Numbered from the stretch's first letter, positions 47,268-60,242 are shown. The stretch is DNA of 64,000 bases from an uncultured Gemmatimonadaceae bacterium (GCA_963829055.1 CAWHHI010000011.1:224001-288000); one strand, 5' to 3'. Notes: generated by a model not told the origin, from the letters alone. Numbers and translations: made by a program.

Positions 47268-49629
47268 ATGTCCGAACGACGCATCGCCTTCGCTTCCCGC
47301 ACCGCCGGTCGCGCGACCCCGCTCCTGTTCGCCGCCTTCACAGGGTTCGCCGCGACATCCGCAGCGACCGCGCAGGCCGCAGCGTCGAGTTCGATCCCGA
47401 CGCCGGCGTCGGTGATCGGCTTCGAGCCGGGCGCCGATCGCAAGCTGCCGACGTGGAAGCAGGTCACCGACTACTTCACCGCGCTCGACAAGGCGAGCCC
47501 GCGCGTGATCGGTGCGCACGCTCGGCAAGACGACGTTAGGCCGGCCGTTCATCGTCGCGTTCATCTCCGATCCGGCGACGCTCGCGAACCTTCGCGCGCT
47601 ACCGGCAGATCCAGCGCAAGCTGATGGACCCGCGCCTCCGCGCGGCCGGCGAGCGCGACACGCCTCATCGCCGACGGCAAGCTCGTCGTGCTCATCACGT
47701 CGAGCATCCACTCGACGGAGGTCGGCGGCATCCTGACGCCGCTCGTCCTCGCCGACCGGCTCGCGCGAGCCGAGACGCCGGAAGCGCGGCAGGTGCTCGC
47801 GAACTCGATCATCATGCTCGTGCCGTCACAGAACCCCGACGGCGTGGACATCGTCGGCGACCACTACCGCAAGACGCTCGGCACGCGCGGAAGAAGGGAG
47901 CGGCCCGCCGGACCTCTACCACTACTACACGGGGCACGACAACAACCGCGACTGGTACGCGTTCACGCAGCATCGAGACGCGCTACACGGTCGACTCGCT
48001 GTACACGCCGTGGGATCCGCAGATCAACAACGACATTCACCAGCAGGGCGTCGAACGCCGGCCGCATCTTCATTCCGCCGTACATGGATCCGGTCGAGCC
48101 GAACATCGACCCGATCCTCACCGCCGGCGACGAACTCGTTAGGCTCGGCCATGAGCTGGCGGATGATCTCGGACGGCTTCACCGGCGTCGCGACGAACGC
48201 GTCGTACGACCAGTGGTCGCCCGCGCGCCAGTACTCGCTCAACCATCGCGGCGTCCGCATCCTCACGGAGACGGCGAGCGCGCGTCTCGCGTCGCCGATG
48301 GACATGCCGTTCGATCACGCTGGGCCCGGGACGCGGCTACGACGCGCGCGACGGTGACGTGGAACTATCCCGTGCTGTGGCCCGGCGGAACGTGGGCGAT
48401 CGGCGACATCGTGCAGTATCAGACCGCGGCCAGCTGGGCGCTGCTCGTCGAGGCGGCGCGCGACCGGCAGGGATGGCTCGAGAGCTACGCGCAGATGGGC
48501 GATCGCGCGTTAGGCGCGTCTGCCGCGCGTGGGGGAAGGATGCGTGGCCGTCCGCGTTCGTGATCCCGAAGGCGCAGGCCGACACGCAGGCGCTGCAGCG
48601 TCTCGTCTGGACGCTCCAGCACGGCCAGGTCGAGATTCGTGAGACCACCGCGCCGGTGACCGCCGGCGACAAGAGCTATCCGGCCGGCAGCTACGTCGTG
48701 CTCGTGCGCAGCAGCCGTTCGGCACGTACGCGAAGGCGTTGCTCGAGCGCCAGAAGTATCCGGACCTGCACGAGTATCCCGGCGGCCCGCCGAAGCGGCC
48801 ATACGACGTCACCGCGCACACGCTGCCGCTGCTGTTCGGCGTCGACGTGGCCGCAGTCGACGGGCGACGCCTCCGGCAACCGGCTCGATCGTCAAGCCCG
48901 TCGCCGAGCCGACGTTCACCACGGCCGCTGAGCGATGCGCGCGCGCGACGCGTCGCGATCTTCCGCACGACGCGCAACGAGTCGATGGACGACGGCTGGA
49001 CGCGCTGGGTGTTCGACAAGTACCGGGTGCCGTTCACGCGATCACCGAGAAGGATCTCGCCGCCGGCTCGCTCAACGCGAAGTTCGATGCGATCGTGATC
49101 CCGGATCAGTCGCCGCAGCAGCTGGCCCGCGCGATCGGCGATGCGGGCTCGGCGGCGTTAGGCGCGTTCGTCGAAGGCGGCGGAAACGTGCTGGCGTTCA
49201 ACGACGCGTCGCGTTGTTCGCGGATCGACGCATGAAGCTGCCGGTAAAGAACGTGCTCGAGGGTGTGAAGAACACGGACTTCTACGCGCCAGGCTCGATC
49301 TTCGGCGTGGAGGTCAACAAAGCGAGCCCGCTCGCGGCCGGCCTCAACGACGCCGGTGCCGGCAGTCTGGTTCGAGGACAGGCCGGCGTTCGAGATCACG
49401 GACCCTGCCGCGGCGACCGCGGTGCTCTCGTATCCCGGCGAGCGGGAATGCACTTGCTCTCCGGCTGGCTCCTCGGCGCCACAGAAGCTGAACGGCAAGG
49501 CCGCGATGGTCGACGTGAAGCGCGGGCGCGGGCACGTGGTGCTGTACGGATTCCGCCCGCAGTATCGGGGTCAGAGCAACGCGACGTTCCCGCTGATCTG
49601 GGCGGCGATAGGCGAAACCGGCGGCATAG
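47268..49629 (+). CDS. M14 family zinc carboxypeptidase-like protein, frameshifted, end approximate
   Basis: [49 protein letters not shown]. Confidence 0.85.
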
Positions 49630-49980
49630 CCGTGATTCCGGCTTTGCATCTCGGCATCATCTCGCCGGGGTCGGTGGGAACTACGATTGGGCGGATGAAC
49701 TGCAGAAACAGCCGGATACTACTTTGAATTGACGCTGGCTCTCACCGGACTCTGAACGAATGGGGACGGCCGCTCGGGACGCAGGAGCCTCCCGAGCGGC
49801 CGTCTCCAAAGAATCCCGGCTCGTTGCGAGAGGAGCCGGATTCTACCGAGCAGTATCCTGCTGTTTCCGTTTCATCCGCCCGATCGCAGTTCCCACCGAC
49901 CCCGGCGCGACGCTGCCTGAATGCAAAGCCGTATCCGGTAGTTTCGCCGTACAGATCCGCCCAATCGTTGTTCCCACCGG
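49611..49980. repeat. MITE-like long inverted repeat (about 100-bp arms)
   Basis: About 49611-49721 is an imperfect reverse complement of about 49848-49948 (e.g. CGCCGGGGTCGGTGGGAACT); inner hairpins; third partial arm 49955-49979. Confidence 0.75.
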
Positions 49981-50029
49981 CCGCTTGCGCACCGAGCCTG
50001 ACAACACAAATTCACCGCGCGCCCGTCCG

Positions 50030-52381
50030 ATGATTGCACCCCTGGGCCGACCCCTGCCTGCCCGCATGCCGCGACAAACCGCTTGGCCCGCCCCAGTTCC
50101 GCGATCATCGCCAGCAGCACGCCGCCTCCTGGCCGCGATCTTCACCTTCGCCGCTACCGTCCACCACCACCGCCGCGCAGACCCCGGCCAATCCGCGCGT
50201 CATCGCCCGTCGCGAAAGCCCACGCCATCACCAGAAGGCCCCAGTCGTGAACGGCCACCTCGACGACGTAGGCCTGGCAGGACGCCGAGCCGTTCAGCGG
50301 GCTTCGTCCAGCGCGAGCTCCAGGAGGGCGCCCCCGTCACCGAGCGCACCGAGGTGCGCATCCTCACCGACGGCGAGGCGCTCTACGTCGGCGCGTGGCT
50401 GTACGATCGCGACCCGTCGCGCATCGTGCCCGGCGAGAAGGTCCGCGACGTCGACGCTCACGAACAGCGACTACTTCGCGATCATCCTCGACACGTACCT
50501 CGATCGCCAGAACGGCTTCGTCTTCGCGACGACGCCGGCCGCCGTCGAGTACGACGGTCAGGTCGTGAAGGAAGGCGAAGGCGGCGGCGTGCACGCAGAC
50601 CGGGCAGACGCGCGCGCAATCCGGCTCGATGGGCGGCTTCAACCTGAACTGGGACGGCAGCTGGACCGTCGCGACGTCGGTCGACTCGTTAGGCTGGTAC
50701 GCCGAGTTTCGCATTCCGTTCTCGACGCTGCGCTACGGCGGCGGCGCGACCCAGACGTGGGGCCTCAACTTCGCCCGCAGCATCCGCCGCAAGAACGAGG
50801 AAGCGTTCTGGTCGTTCATTCCGCGCCAGTTCAACCTCTATCGGCTCTCGCGCGCCGGGACGATGGAAGGCATCCAGGTCCCCGTGCGGCGCGTCGCGAC
50901 GGTCACGCCGTACGTCCTCGGCGGCATGTAGCGCGCGTACGCGCTCGACGCGCCAGGGCAGCCTCGGCTCCGACGCCACGCGACTCGAACGAGTTCGGCG
51001 CGGACGCCAAGTACGGCCTGACGCCGAGCCTGACGCTCGATCTCACCTACAACACCGACTTCGCGCAGGTCGAGGTCGACGAGCAGCGCACGAACCTCAC
51101 GCGCTTCCCGCTCTTCTTCCCGGAGAAGCGGCCGTTCTTTCTCGAGAACGCCGGCATCTTCTCGGCGGGAACGCCGCAGGCCGTCGACCTGTTCTTCACG
51201 CGGCGCATCGGCATCGACAGCATCGGCCGACCCGTGCCCGATCATCGGCGGCGGACGCGTGTCCGGACGCGCTGGCCGGTCTCACCGTCGGGCTGCTGCA
51301 GCTCTTCACCGACGATGTGCCGACGAGGGCCGCCCGACGACGTCGTACACCGTTGCACGCGTGTCGCGCGAGCTCTCGGCGCGCTCACGCGTGGGCGCAC
51401 TCGCGGTGCAGCGTATGGCGACGACCAACGCCGACGACTCACAACCGCACCTACGCGCATCGACGGACGCATTGGCGCTGGGCCAGAACTGGACGTTCGA
51501 CTGGTGGGGCGCGAAGACCGAGACGCCGGGCCGCACCGGCGATGAATTCGGCTACAGCGCGCGCGCCGGCTACACGACGGCCGACTGGAACAACACGCAT
51601 CCGCTTCGTGCAGGTTGGCGACGCGTTCAACCCGGAGGTCGGTTTCCTGAATCGATCGGCGGCTATCGCTTCTACGACATCTCGTTCATGCGGCTCGTGC
51701 GCCGCCGGGAGTGGAAGTGGTTCAAGCAGTGGAACCCGCACTCGAGCTACCGCGGCTACTACGGCCTCGATGGCTTCTACCAGAGCGGCACAATGGCACG
51801 TCGATCTCACCGAGGTCGAGTTCGCGAACGGCGGACGCTTCGGCCCCGAGCTGAACATCTATCACGAGGGACTGCAGGAACCGTTCGAGATCTCGCCAGG
51901 CGTCATCGCTCCCCGTCGGGAGCTACGACTACCCATCACTCGGTCTCGATCTCGTCGCACGAATCCGAGCGCTCCGGTGTCGCTCACGCTGCGCGGCGAC
52001 TTCGGGCCGTTCTACGACGGGACTCGCAACGGCGGCAGCGCGACAATCGTTATGCGGTACGGCGCGTCGTTCACGTCGTCGCTGCTCGTCGACTACAACG
52101 ACGTGCATCTCGACGAGGGCAACTTCGTGCGCTCACTGATCGGGACTCGCCTCGCCTACTTCTTCACGCCGCGGATTCTCGCGCAGTCACTCGTGCAGTA
52201 CAACAACCAGGCGCGGGCGTGGACGGCGAACGCGCGCTTCGGATGGCTCAACACCGCCGGCACTGGCTTGTTCGTCGTGTTCAACGAAGGCCAGGTCGCC
52301 GACGGATTCTTCGATTGGGTCCGCCCGCAGTCACGTTCGTTCATCGTGAAGTACACGCGGCAATTCGGAACCGGCGGCTAA
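50030..52381 (+). CDS. DUF5916 / carbohydrate-binding family 9-like outer-membrane protein, frameshifted
   Basis: TERTEV, LDTY.DRQN, AEFRIPFSTLRY, DLTYNTDFAQVEVD, LFFPEKRPFFLE. Confidence 0.85.
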
Positions 52382-52560
52382 GCCAATGGACAGATAGCGA
52401 GGTCAGCACAGCGCCGACCTCCGCACACACTCCGTTGGCCGACCAACTATGGGCTCTCGCCGCAACGGAGTTGTCGTTGGTGGACAGCTGCACCGATCGT
52501 GGAGGATACGTGCCGTCATTCCGGACGGCCAAGTCGAACCCCAGGTGAGGTGAGGCCACC

Positions 52561-53169
52561 ATGCATCGATCGACATGGGCGACCGCGCTCGCGGTCGTCA
52601 CTCCCGCCGTTCTCCTGCTCGCGGCCTGCGGCGAACAGCCAGCGCCGACGGACGCTACTCGCGATGCGCCGTCTGTCGCCTTCAGCCGAGGCGAGAATGG
52701 GCAGGAACACGCCGGCGCGATCGTCGCACACGACAGCTGCGATCCGGCCTCGTTCAACCTCGCTATTGGTCCCGGCACCTGCCTGAAGAACGGCAACACG
52801 ACATTCCAGGAATTCATCGGCGAGCTGACCGCCACACGCGTTGTTCGCAAATGGAACTTCACGCCGACGCAACTCACCGCGCATTTCGGGGTCAACCTGC
52901 TTGGCAACAACGTCGGCGGTGAAGAACACACCTTCACCCCCGTCAGACAGTTCGGCGGTGGTGTCGTTCCGATTCTCAACCAGCTGTCCGGGAATCCGGT
53001 TATCGCGCAGGAATGCCTCAGCCTGGACGAAGACGACGTCGTTGCTCCTGGCGGCAAGTACATCATCGAGTCGGAAGAGCTGGCGGAGGTCGCGGACAAC
53101 AGCGGCATCGCGCGCGTCGAGTGCTGCATCCATCCGTGGATGCGTTCCGAGGTTCGGCTCAAGAGCTAG
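52561..53169 (+). CDS. Lipoprotein with cupredoxin-like ligand motifs
   Basis: LAAC lipobox; HTFT and C-terminal CCIHPWM. Confidence 0.7.
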   Translation: MHRSTWATALAVVTPAVLLLAACGEQPAPTDATRDAPSVAFSRGENGQEHAGAIVAHDSCDPASFNLAIGPGTCLKNGNTTFQEFIGELTATRVVRKWNFTPTQLTAHFGVNLLGNNVGGEEHTFTPVRQFGGGVVPILNQLSGNPVIAQECLSLDEDDVVAPGGKYIIESEELAEVADNSGIARVECCIHPWMRSEVRLKS

Positions 53170-53194
53170 CCATCATCTCGCGCACATGAGTGGG

Positions 53195-53227
53195 AACCGC
53201 GGGCGTGCCATGAGCACGCCCGCGGTT
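53195..53227 (+). terminator. Terminator-like hairpin
   Basis: AACCGCGGGCGTGC-catga-GCACGCCCGCGGTT; short T tail. Confidence 0.55.
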
Positions 53228-53446
53228 TCACATCCAGCTCTGGCTTCTTCTGTCGCTCCATGAGTCGAACGACCTATGTCGAGCGCGATCGAGCCGTCGC
53301 GGGTCGGACGTCGCGGGTCGGCCCATCACGGCCAGATGAGAGGATTCGAACGAACCGCCCGTTTCATCATCGTTCGCTTATCTCGTCGCCTCGGGCCAGC
53401 GGGTCGGTTCGCCGCAGGGCCCAGCTATCTATAGTGGAGCGCAGTC

Positions 53447-54667
53447 ATGTCTCTCGTTCCCGCGTCTTCGGGGGCCTTCACGGCCGGCAGTGCGTTTCAT
53501 CATGACTTCCTGATCCGCAGCAACGCCCCGCGCAGCGCCGATGCTCCGATTGAGTCCGATCCCCTCGGGCGGCTGGAGCGGGCGGTTGCCGTCGCGCTGT
53601 CACCGTTCGACTACGCCGACGCCACGGCCTGGGCAGACGCTCTCACGGCGGCTCTCTGCACCGTCGCCGGCGCGGACGCGGGATTCGTCCTGCTGCCGGG
53701 CACTTCCCTTCCGTGGCGTACGGTCAGCACGGGAGCGAACGCGGACGCGACAGGCCCAGGCTCCAGTTCTCCACTGCACGACGAGATCACCGAACAGCTT
53801 CGCACCGGGGCCAGCGGAGACCTCGTGCTCTGGGCGCGTGACGATCTTGCCGACACCGCCGTCCAGCCGACCACGATCACACCTCGTCACACCGTCGGCA
53901 TCCGCGTCCGCACCGATCGTGGTGCGGTCGCCGCGGTGTGCATGGAGCGGCACCCCGACCTCGGCCCCGCCCCGCACTACCTGCTGGCGTCACTCCGGGC
54001 GATCGCACCCGCCTTCCGGGCCGGCGTGAACACATGGGTCAGCGCCACCGCGGCCCAGACGAACATCGCCCAGATGCTCGACTCGCTCACTGACGCCGCC
54101 CTGCTGTTCGACGCTGCCGGTACGCTCGTCCACGCGAATGCGGCCGCGGACCGCCTAACGTCTGCGGCGGACACCGCGCGCCTGCGCCGCGAAACGCAGC
54201 GCATCGCCTGGGCCCTCGGCGCGATCGCGCATCGCCGCGCGACGGCGAGCCGCGGGCCGGCCGTTCGGTCGCACGATGCGTCGCAGTCGGCGACGCCTAC
54301 CACGCAGAGTGTTCGGGTGGGTGCCACGGTGTACCAGCTTCGCGGAACAATGGTTGGCGAGCAGCTGACTGGTGCCAAACCCGCCGTGCTGATCACGATC
54401 ACCGTCGCCGCCGCAAAGCCGCTGACGGACGACGAGCTCCAGGCCGAGTATGGATTGACCGCGCGGGAGACGCAGGTGGCGCGGCTGATCGATGAGGGAC
54501 TGTCCAACAACGAGATCGCCGATCGGCTGGGCGTCCGGTTCTTCACCGCCCGCAATCACGTGGAGCGTACGCTCGCGAAGCTCGGCGTACCGAGCCGAAA
54601 TCGCGTCGGGCCGCTGCTGCGCACTGGGGCGGAACCTTGCGACTCGAATAGGGCGACGGCGGCCTGA
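53447..54667 (+). CDS. LuxR-type C-terminal HTH regulator with PAS-like region
   Basis: LTARETQVARLI.EGLSN.EIA.RLG...FTARNHV...LAKLG; LDSL...LLFD..G.LVHAN. Confidence 0.88.
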   Translation: MSLVPASSGAFTAGSAFHHDFLIRSNAPRSADAPIESDPLGRLERAVAVALSPFDYADATAWADALTAALCTVAGADAGFVLLPGTSLPWRTVSTGANADATGPGSSSPLHDEITEQLRTGASGDLVLWARDDLADTAVQPTTITPRHTVGIRVRTDRGAVAAVCMERHPDLGPAPHYLLASLRAIAPAFRAGVNTWVSATAAQTNIAQMLDSLTDAALLFDAAGTLVHANAAADRLTSAADTARLRRETQRIAWALGAIAHRRATASRGPAVRSHDASQSATPTTQSVRVGATVYQLRGTMVGEQLTGAKPAVLITITVAAAKPLTDDELQAEYGLTARETQVARLIDEGLSNNEIADRLGVRFFTARNHVERTLAKLGVPSRNRVGPLLRTGAEPCDSNRATAA

Positions 54668-54676
54668 CCGTTAGCG

Positions 54677-55211
54677 TCAGCGCTGATTCTCCGGAATCAG
54701 GCGCTCGACGATCACCACGTCGCGCCACACGCCATCGAGCTGCGCGTGCCGTTCGTACACGCCGACCTCGCGGAATCCGTGTCGCGCGCACAATCCACGT
54801 GACGCCGAGTTCTCTGGAAAGATCCGCGACAGGATCTTCCAGACGCCCGCCTCGGCGCACGCCTCGACGAAGCGCGCCATGAGCGCGTCACCGACCCGCT
54901 GACCGCGCGCACGCGACGACACGTACACCGAGAACTCGGCCACTCCGTCGTAGCACGGACGCGACCGATACTCTGACGCGCGCACCCAGCCCACGACCTC
55001 GGCGTCGCCCCTGTTCCCATCCACCCGCTCGGCCACGAGAAACGGCCGCTTGATACGCGCGACGCTACGCGAGCCAGCCCGGCCACATCTTCGGGCGAGC
55101 GCTCGGTCGTCTCGAACGTCGCGCCCCGTCCGCGAATCCCCTCGTTGTAGATCGTCGCGATCGCGGCCGCGTCGCGAGGCTCGCGCATCGGATGCGAATC
55201 GAGGCCGGCAT
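54677..55211 (-). CDS. arsN1: ArsN1/phosphinothricin-type N-acetyltransferase, frameshifted
   Basis: IYNEGI....ATFET, GVAEFSVYV, WKILSRIFPEN, GFREVG.YERH..LDGVWRDVVIVERL. Confidence 0.65.
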
Positions 55212-55255
55212 CCTCGTGGACGCCGGCCTCGTGAGGTCAGTTCTCTTCGTCGTGC

Positions 55256-57962
55256 CTACTCGGACGCCACCTTCGAGTCCTTCGGCTTGTTCGCGTTCTT
55301 CACGTAGATGTCGAGCCACGCCGTCCACCGCGCCCACTGGTCGAGAATCGTCTCCTTCGTCGCCGGGCCGTGATCCTCGTACGGATACATGTACAGCGAC
55401 GCGACTTTGCCGAGCCCCTGCAGCGCGTGCATCATGCGGATCGAGCTGATCGGATCCGTGCCGACGTTCTGGTCCTCGAGCGAGTGATACATGAGCAGCG
55501 CGCCCGAGAGCTTGTCGGCCTTGAAGAACGGCGACATGTCGAGGTACGTCTTCTGCGCCTTCCCAGAAGTCGCGACGCTCGTTCTGGAACCCGTTAGGCG
55601 TGAGCGTGCGGTTGTACATGCCGTCGCCCGCGATGCCCGCCTTGAAGAACGGCGTGTTCACCATCGCGTTCACGGTGCTGAACGCGCCGTAGCTGTGGCC
55701 ACCGATGCCCGAGCGCGGCTGCGGTCGATGTAGCCCTGCTTGTCCAGCTCATCGATCACCGCCGTCAGGTTCGCGACGAGATCGGTCACGTAGTTGTCGT
55801 TCATCCGTCCGTTCGACGCCGACGATCGGCGGATCGAAGTTCGCGACGGCGTAGCCCTGCGTGACGAGGTACTCGATCGTGCGCGGGCCGGCCTGCGGGA
55901 ACTGGTTGATGTTGTTCGTGCGCAGCGTGCGATCGTACCCGCCTGATCGGTGAACTCGTACGGGTAGAACCAGAACATGGCCGGGAGGCGCGTGCCCGGC
56001 CGGTAGTCCGACGGCAGCGTCAGGTTCACCATGAACTTGTAGCCGTCCGCGCGCGTCACCGGGATGCGCTTGCGGATCGCCGCCGTGAACTCCGGCGTGT
56101 AGTCCTTGTTGTTCGTGAGCTTCGTGTACTGGCCGGACTGCGCCGTCGCGCAGATACGAGTCCGGCACCTGCGTCGGCGACTCGCGCGACGACGACGAAC
56201 TTCGTGAAGTCATCGTCCAGCGCGGCCGTCACCGTCTCGTACATGTCGGCCTGGCCTTCGAACACGCGCGACTTCTGACCGGTCTTGATCTCGACCTTGT
56301 CCACGAAGCCGTGCGGCGCCGAGTCCTGCCACGTCTTGAAGTAGCGCGTGCCCTCGAGGAACGCGTACTTGCCGTCCGTGGACAGCTGGGCGACCTGCAC
56401 GCCGATTGCGACCGCGCTTCGCCACGATGGTGCCGGGGTTCTGGTAGAACGTCAGCGAGTCAGCGCCGGTGCCGCCACGACCGCCACCGCCGCCGAACCC
56501 ACGGCCGTCGCCGCCGACGGTCGCGTTGAGCCCGCGCACGCGCCAGATCGTGTACTTCTTGCCCGGCTCGTCGAAGTAGACCGCGTACACGTGACCGGTG
56601 CCGCTCGCGTTCTCGGCCACGAACACCGACTTCGCATCGTCCGTGAACAGCACGCCACCGATGCGGTTGTCGCTCTCGAGCAGCAGCTTTCTTCGACGAC
56701 GCGTCGAACGGCGGCGTCCACTGATAGAGATGGTCCTTCCGACGCGCGCCACCCGGCCGCCCTGCGGCGCCGCGTCGCGTCGTGTCGGCCGGCGCGCGCC
56801 AGCACCGCGCGGCGGACGCCGAATCCTGCTGCAGGAAGTAGATCCCGGCCCGTTAGGCATCCAGCCGACGTTGCGCGGCAGCGCTGTCGTTCGCGCCGGC
56901 GCCCGGCGGGCCGAAGCTGTCATCATCGCCGCTCGTCACTTCGCGCAGCGGACGGTTCGCGACCTCGCGTCAGCATCTTGCCGTCGCGTCCCAGATCTGC
57001 TCCGACGTGCCGAACGAGTTGTACTGCACGATGTAGGAGAACGGCTTCTGCATGAGCGTCACGTGGAAGTACTTCCCGTCCGGCGACGCATCGACGGCCG
57101 AGATCATCCCCGGCGCGCCGATCTTCTTGACGCTGCCGCTGCTCGACGTTGATCGTCGCGAGCTGGCCGGTGACGTAGTACTCCATCAGCTCCTTCTCGA
57201 ACGGATCGCGGAGGAGGCTCGCGAAGTTGCGGGTCTTCTCCTTCTTCTCGTCCGTCAGGCGGACGAGCGGGCCGGTCTCGATCGCCGGACGCTTCGGCTC
57301 CGCCTTGCGTGCATCCGGAATCAGCACCGTGACGAGCTGGCTTCCGTCCGCCGTCCAGTCGACCGTCGTCACGAGCGTCGCGAGCAGCGCGCGCGGCGAC
57401 ACCTGGCGCGACTTGCCGGTCGCGAGGTCGGCGACGTAGAGCCGCGAGGCATCGTCGAAGTTCGCGATGTAGGCGAGCTTCGATCCGTCGGGCGACCACT
57501 GCGGGCTGCTGACGCTCGCGCCCTTCGGCGTCTCGATCGTCGCGCGACTGGCCGGTGCTCGCGTCGATGATCGCGAGGCCGGCTCGACCCGCGCGTCGTG
57601 AGGGCCCGCGCGCGGTTCGCCTTGTAGTCGACCTGCAGCCCGGCGAAGTAGTAGTGCGGCTTGCCGAACGTCTGGACGCTCGGCAGCCCCTCACTCTGCA
57701 GCTTGAGGAAGTACTTCCGGTTCGGGCTCTGGTTGTTGACAGCGTCACGTTGTTCTGTCGCGGCGCCGTGACGAGCCGCTCGATCGCCGCGGGCGGCTTC
57801 ACGTACGTCTCGGCCGCCAGCCGCTCTTTGGGCGGAAGCTCTTCCTTGCCGTTGTCGGCGCTGTTCTGTTGCGCTCGCGCGCCAACGGCGCGATCGCGAC
57901 GGCAAGGGCCGTCGGGAGCACGAAGCGCTCGCGTGGACAATGCGACGGAACGAGAGGGGCAT
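55256..57962 (-). CDS. S9 family peptidase, frameshifted
   Basis: WSPDG, LTLP.DY, GGHSYGAF, YNRTLTP.GFQ.E.R, DQNVGT, YPYEDHG. Confidence 0.88.
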
Positions 57963-58181
57963 GGACACTCCAGGATGGGTTTGGCGCTCCTGCGGCGGGA
58001 GAATCGCAGGGTTCTGCTGTGCCATACGCACAACCTGCCGGAAACGCGGCAACTCTGGCAAATTCGATGTGAGACACCCGGCTTGCGAACGCGGCGATCG
58101 CCCCGCTGCAGCACCCTACGACTCGTGTCGCCGCGCCGCCCACGCGCGACTCGATCACTCTCCAGCCGGTCGCGTCCGACC

Positions 58182-59954
58182 ATGAAGTCGCTGATTCTGC
58201 GTCTGCGCTCGCCTCATCCGCGGCCGTCACATGATCTGCGTCGTCGCGGTCTCTCGCACGTCCGTCGCGCGTCAGCCGTCGGCCAACGCATCAGCGCGTC
58301 GCGCGACACCGGCGTCGTCGCGTCGCGGCGCGGCGTCGTCGTGTCCGTCTCTGGGCATCGCGTCGGACGTCGGCGCGTCGGTGCTGCGCGCGGTGGCAAC
58401 GCCGTCGATGCCGCCGTCGCCACGGCGTTCGCCCTCGCCGTCACGCACCCGAGCGCCGGGAACCTCGGCGGCGGCGGGTTCATGATCGTGCGAACGGCCG
58501 ACGGCAAGGCGACCACGTTCGACTATCGCGAGCGCGCGCCGCGGCGCCGCGACGCCGACGATGTATCTCAAGACCGACGGCACGATCGACCGGTCGCTCA
58601 CCGCGCGGGATGGCTCGCCCCGGGCGTGCCCGGCACCGTTCGCGGACTCGCGACTCGCCCACAAGAGATTCGGCAAGCTGCCCGTGGGCCGACGTCGTAC
58701 GGCCCGCGGCGCGACTCGCGTTAGGCTTCCCGCTCTCGAAGGCGCTCGCGTCGAGCCTCAATTCGACCGTCGCGCAAGCACATGGCGCCGTTCCCGTCGT
58801 CGGTCGCGGCGTACGGGAAGCCGGGCGGCGGAAGCTGGGCCGCGGGCGACACGATCCGACCTGACGGATCTCGCTCGCACACTCGACGCGATCGCGTCGA
58901 AGCGGGCCCAACGCGTTCTACACCGGCTGGATCGCCGACAGCCTCGCCGCGCAGATGAAGGCGAACGGTGGCCTGATCACGAAGGCCGATCTCGCCGCGT
59001 ACGAGGCGAAGGAGCGCGCGCCGGTTCGCGGCACGTTCAACGGCTATGACGATCATCGCGATGGGCCCGCCGAGCTCCGGCGGCACCGTGATGCTCGAGA
59101 CGCTCAACATCCTCGAGAAGTTCGACGTCGCGAAGATGGACCGCTGGTCGCCGGACTATCTGCATCTCCGCATCGAGGCGGCGCGACGCGCGTACGCCGA
59201 CCGCGCGCGCTGGCTCGGTGACCCGGACTTCGTGTCGGTGCCGGTGGCGCGCCTAACGTCGAAGGCGTACGCCGACACGCTCGCGCGCGGCATCAAGCGC
59301 GATCGCGCGTCGAGCAGCGTCGAGATCGGCGCGGACATCGTCACGGTCGCGCGCCGCCGAGTCCGATGAGACGACGCACTTCTCGGTCGTCGACGGCGCC
59401 GGCAACGCGGTGTCGAACACGTACACGCTCGAGGGCGGCTACGGGTCGGGCGTCGTCGTTCGCGGCGCCGGCTTCATTCTCAACAACGAGATGGGCGACT
59501 TCAACAAGAAGCCCGGCGAGACGAACGCGGCGGCGACATCGGCACGCCCGCGAATCTGATCGCGCCAGGCAAGCGGATGCTGAGCTCCATGTCGCCCGCG
59601 ATCGTGACGCGCGATGGGCGTCTCGTCCTGGTGACGGGATCACCGGGCGGCCGCACCATCCCGAACACGGTCCTCGACGTGGTGCTGGGGGTGACGGCGT
59701 TCGGCGAACTCGATCCGCAGGCGGTCGACGCGCCGCGCCTGCACCACCAGTGGCTCCCGGACTCGACGACGATCGAGCCGGGCAAGGTGAGCGACGCGAC
59801 GATCGCGGCGCTTCGCGCGCGCGGCCAGGCCGTGCGCCTCTCGACCGGACGACAGGGCGATGCGCACTCGATCTGGGTCGACCCGAAGACCGGCATCGCG
59901 TACGGCGCAGCCGACCACCGCAGCCCGGACTCGAAGGCGAGCGCGCCGCGTTAG
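58182..59954 (+). CDS. ggt: Gamma-glutamyltransferase, frameshifted
   Basis: GGNAVDAAVA, GNLGGGGF, DYRE.AP, PPSSGG, ETTHFSV, LNNEMGDF, LSSMSP, GSPGG. Confidence 0.92.
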
Positions 59955-60242
59955 AACGCGTGTCATTCCGAGCGAAGGCCCGCAGGGCCGCAGTCGAGAA
60001 TCGACAACGCACGACCGACTACGTTCGGCAGCGTGGCCAGTGAGTCAGCTTCCAGTCGTTAGGAGGAGGTCTCAGGCATCAGGGTAACAAACACCCTCGA
60101 TACCTGATACCTCGACCTGAGTAGCTGACGCGCTCGGAACTGGCCATGCCGCCGCCGGAGCCATCCGCCGCCGCATGCCCTCACGGAACTTTGATGCAAG
60201 AAGCCTGATTTACTCGACTCACTCAGGCTTCCTGCTCGAACC

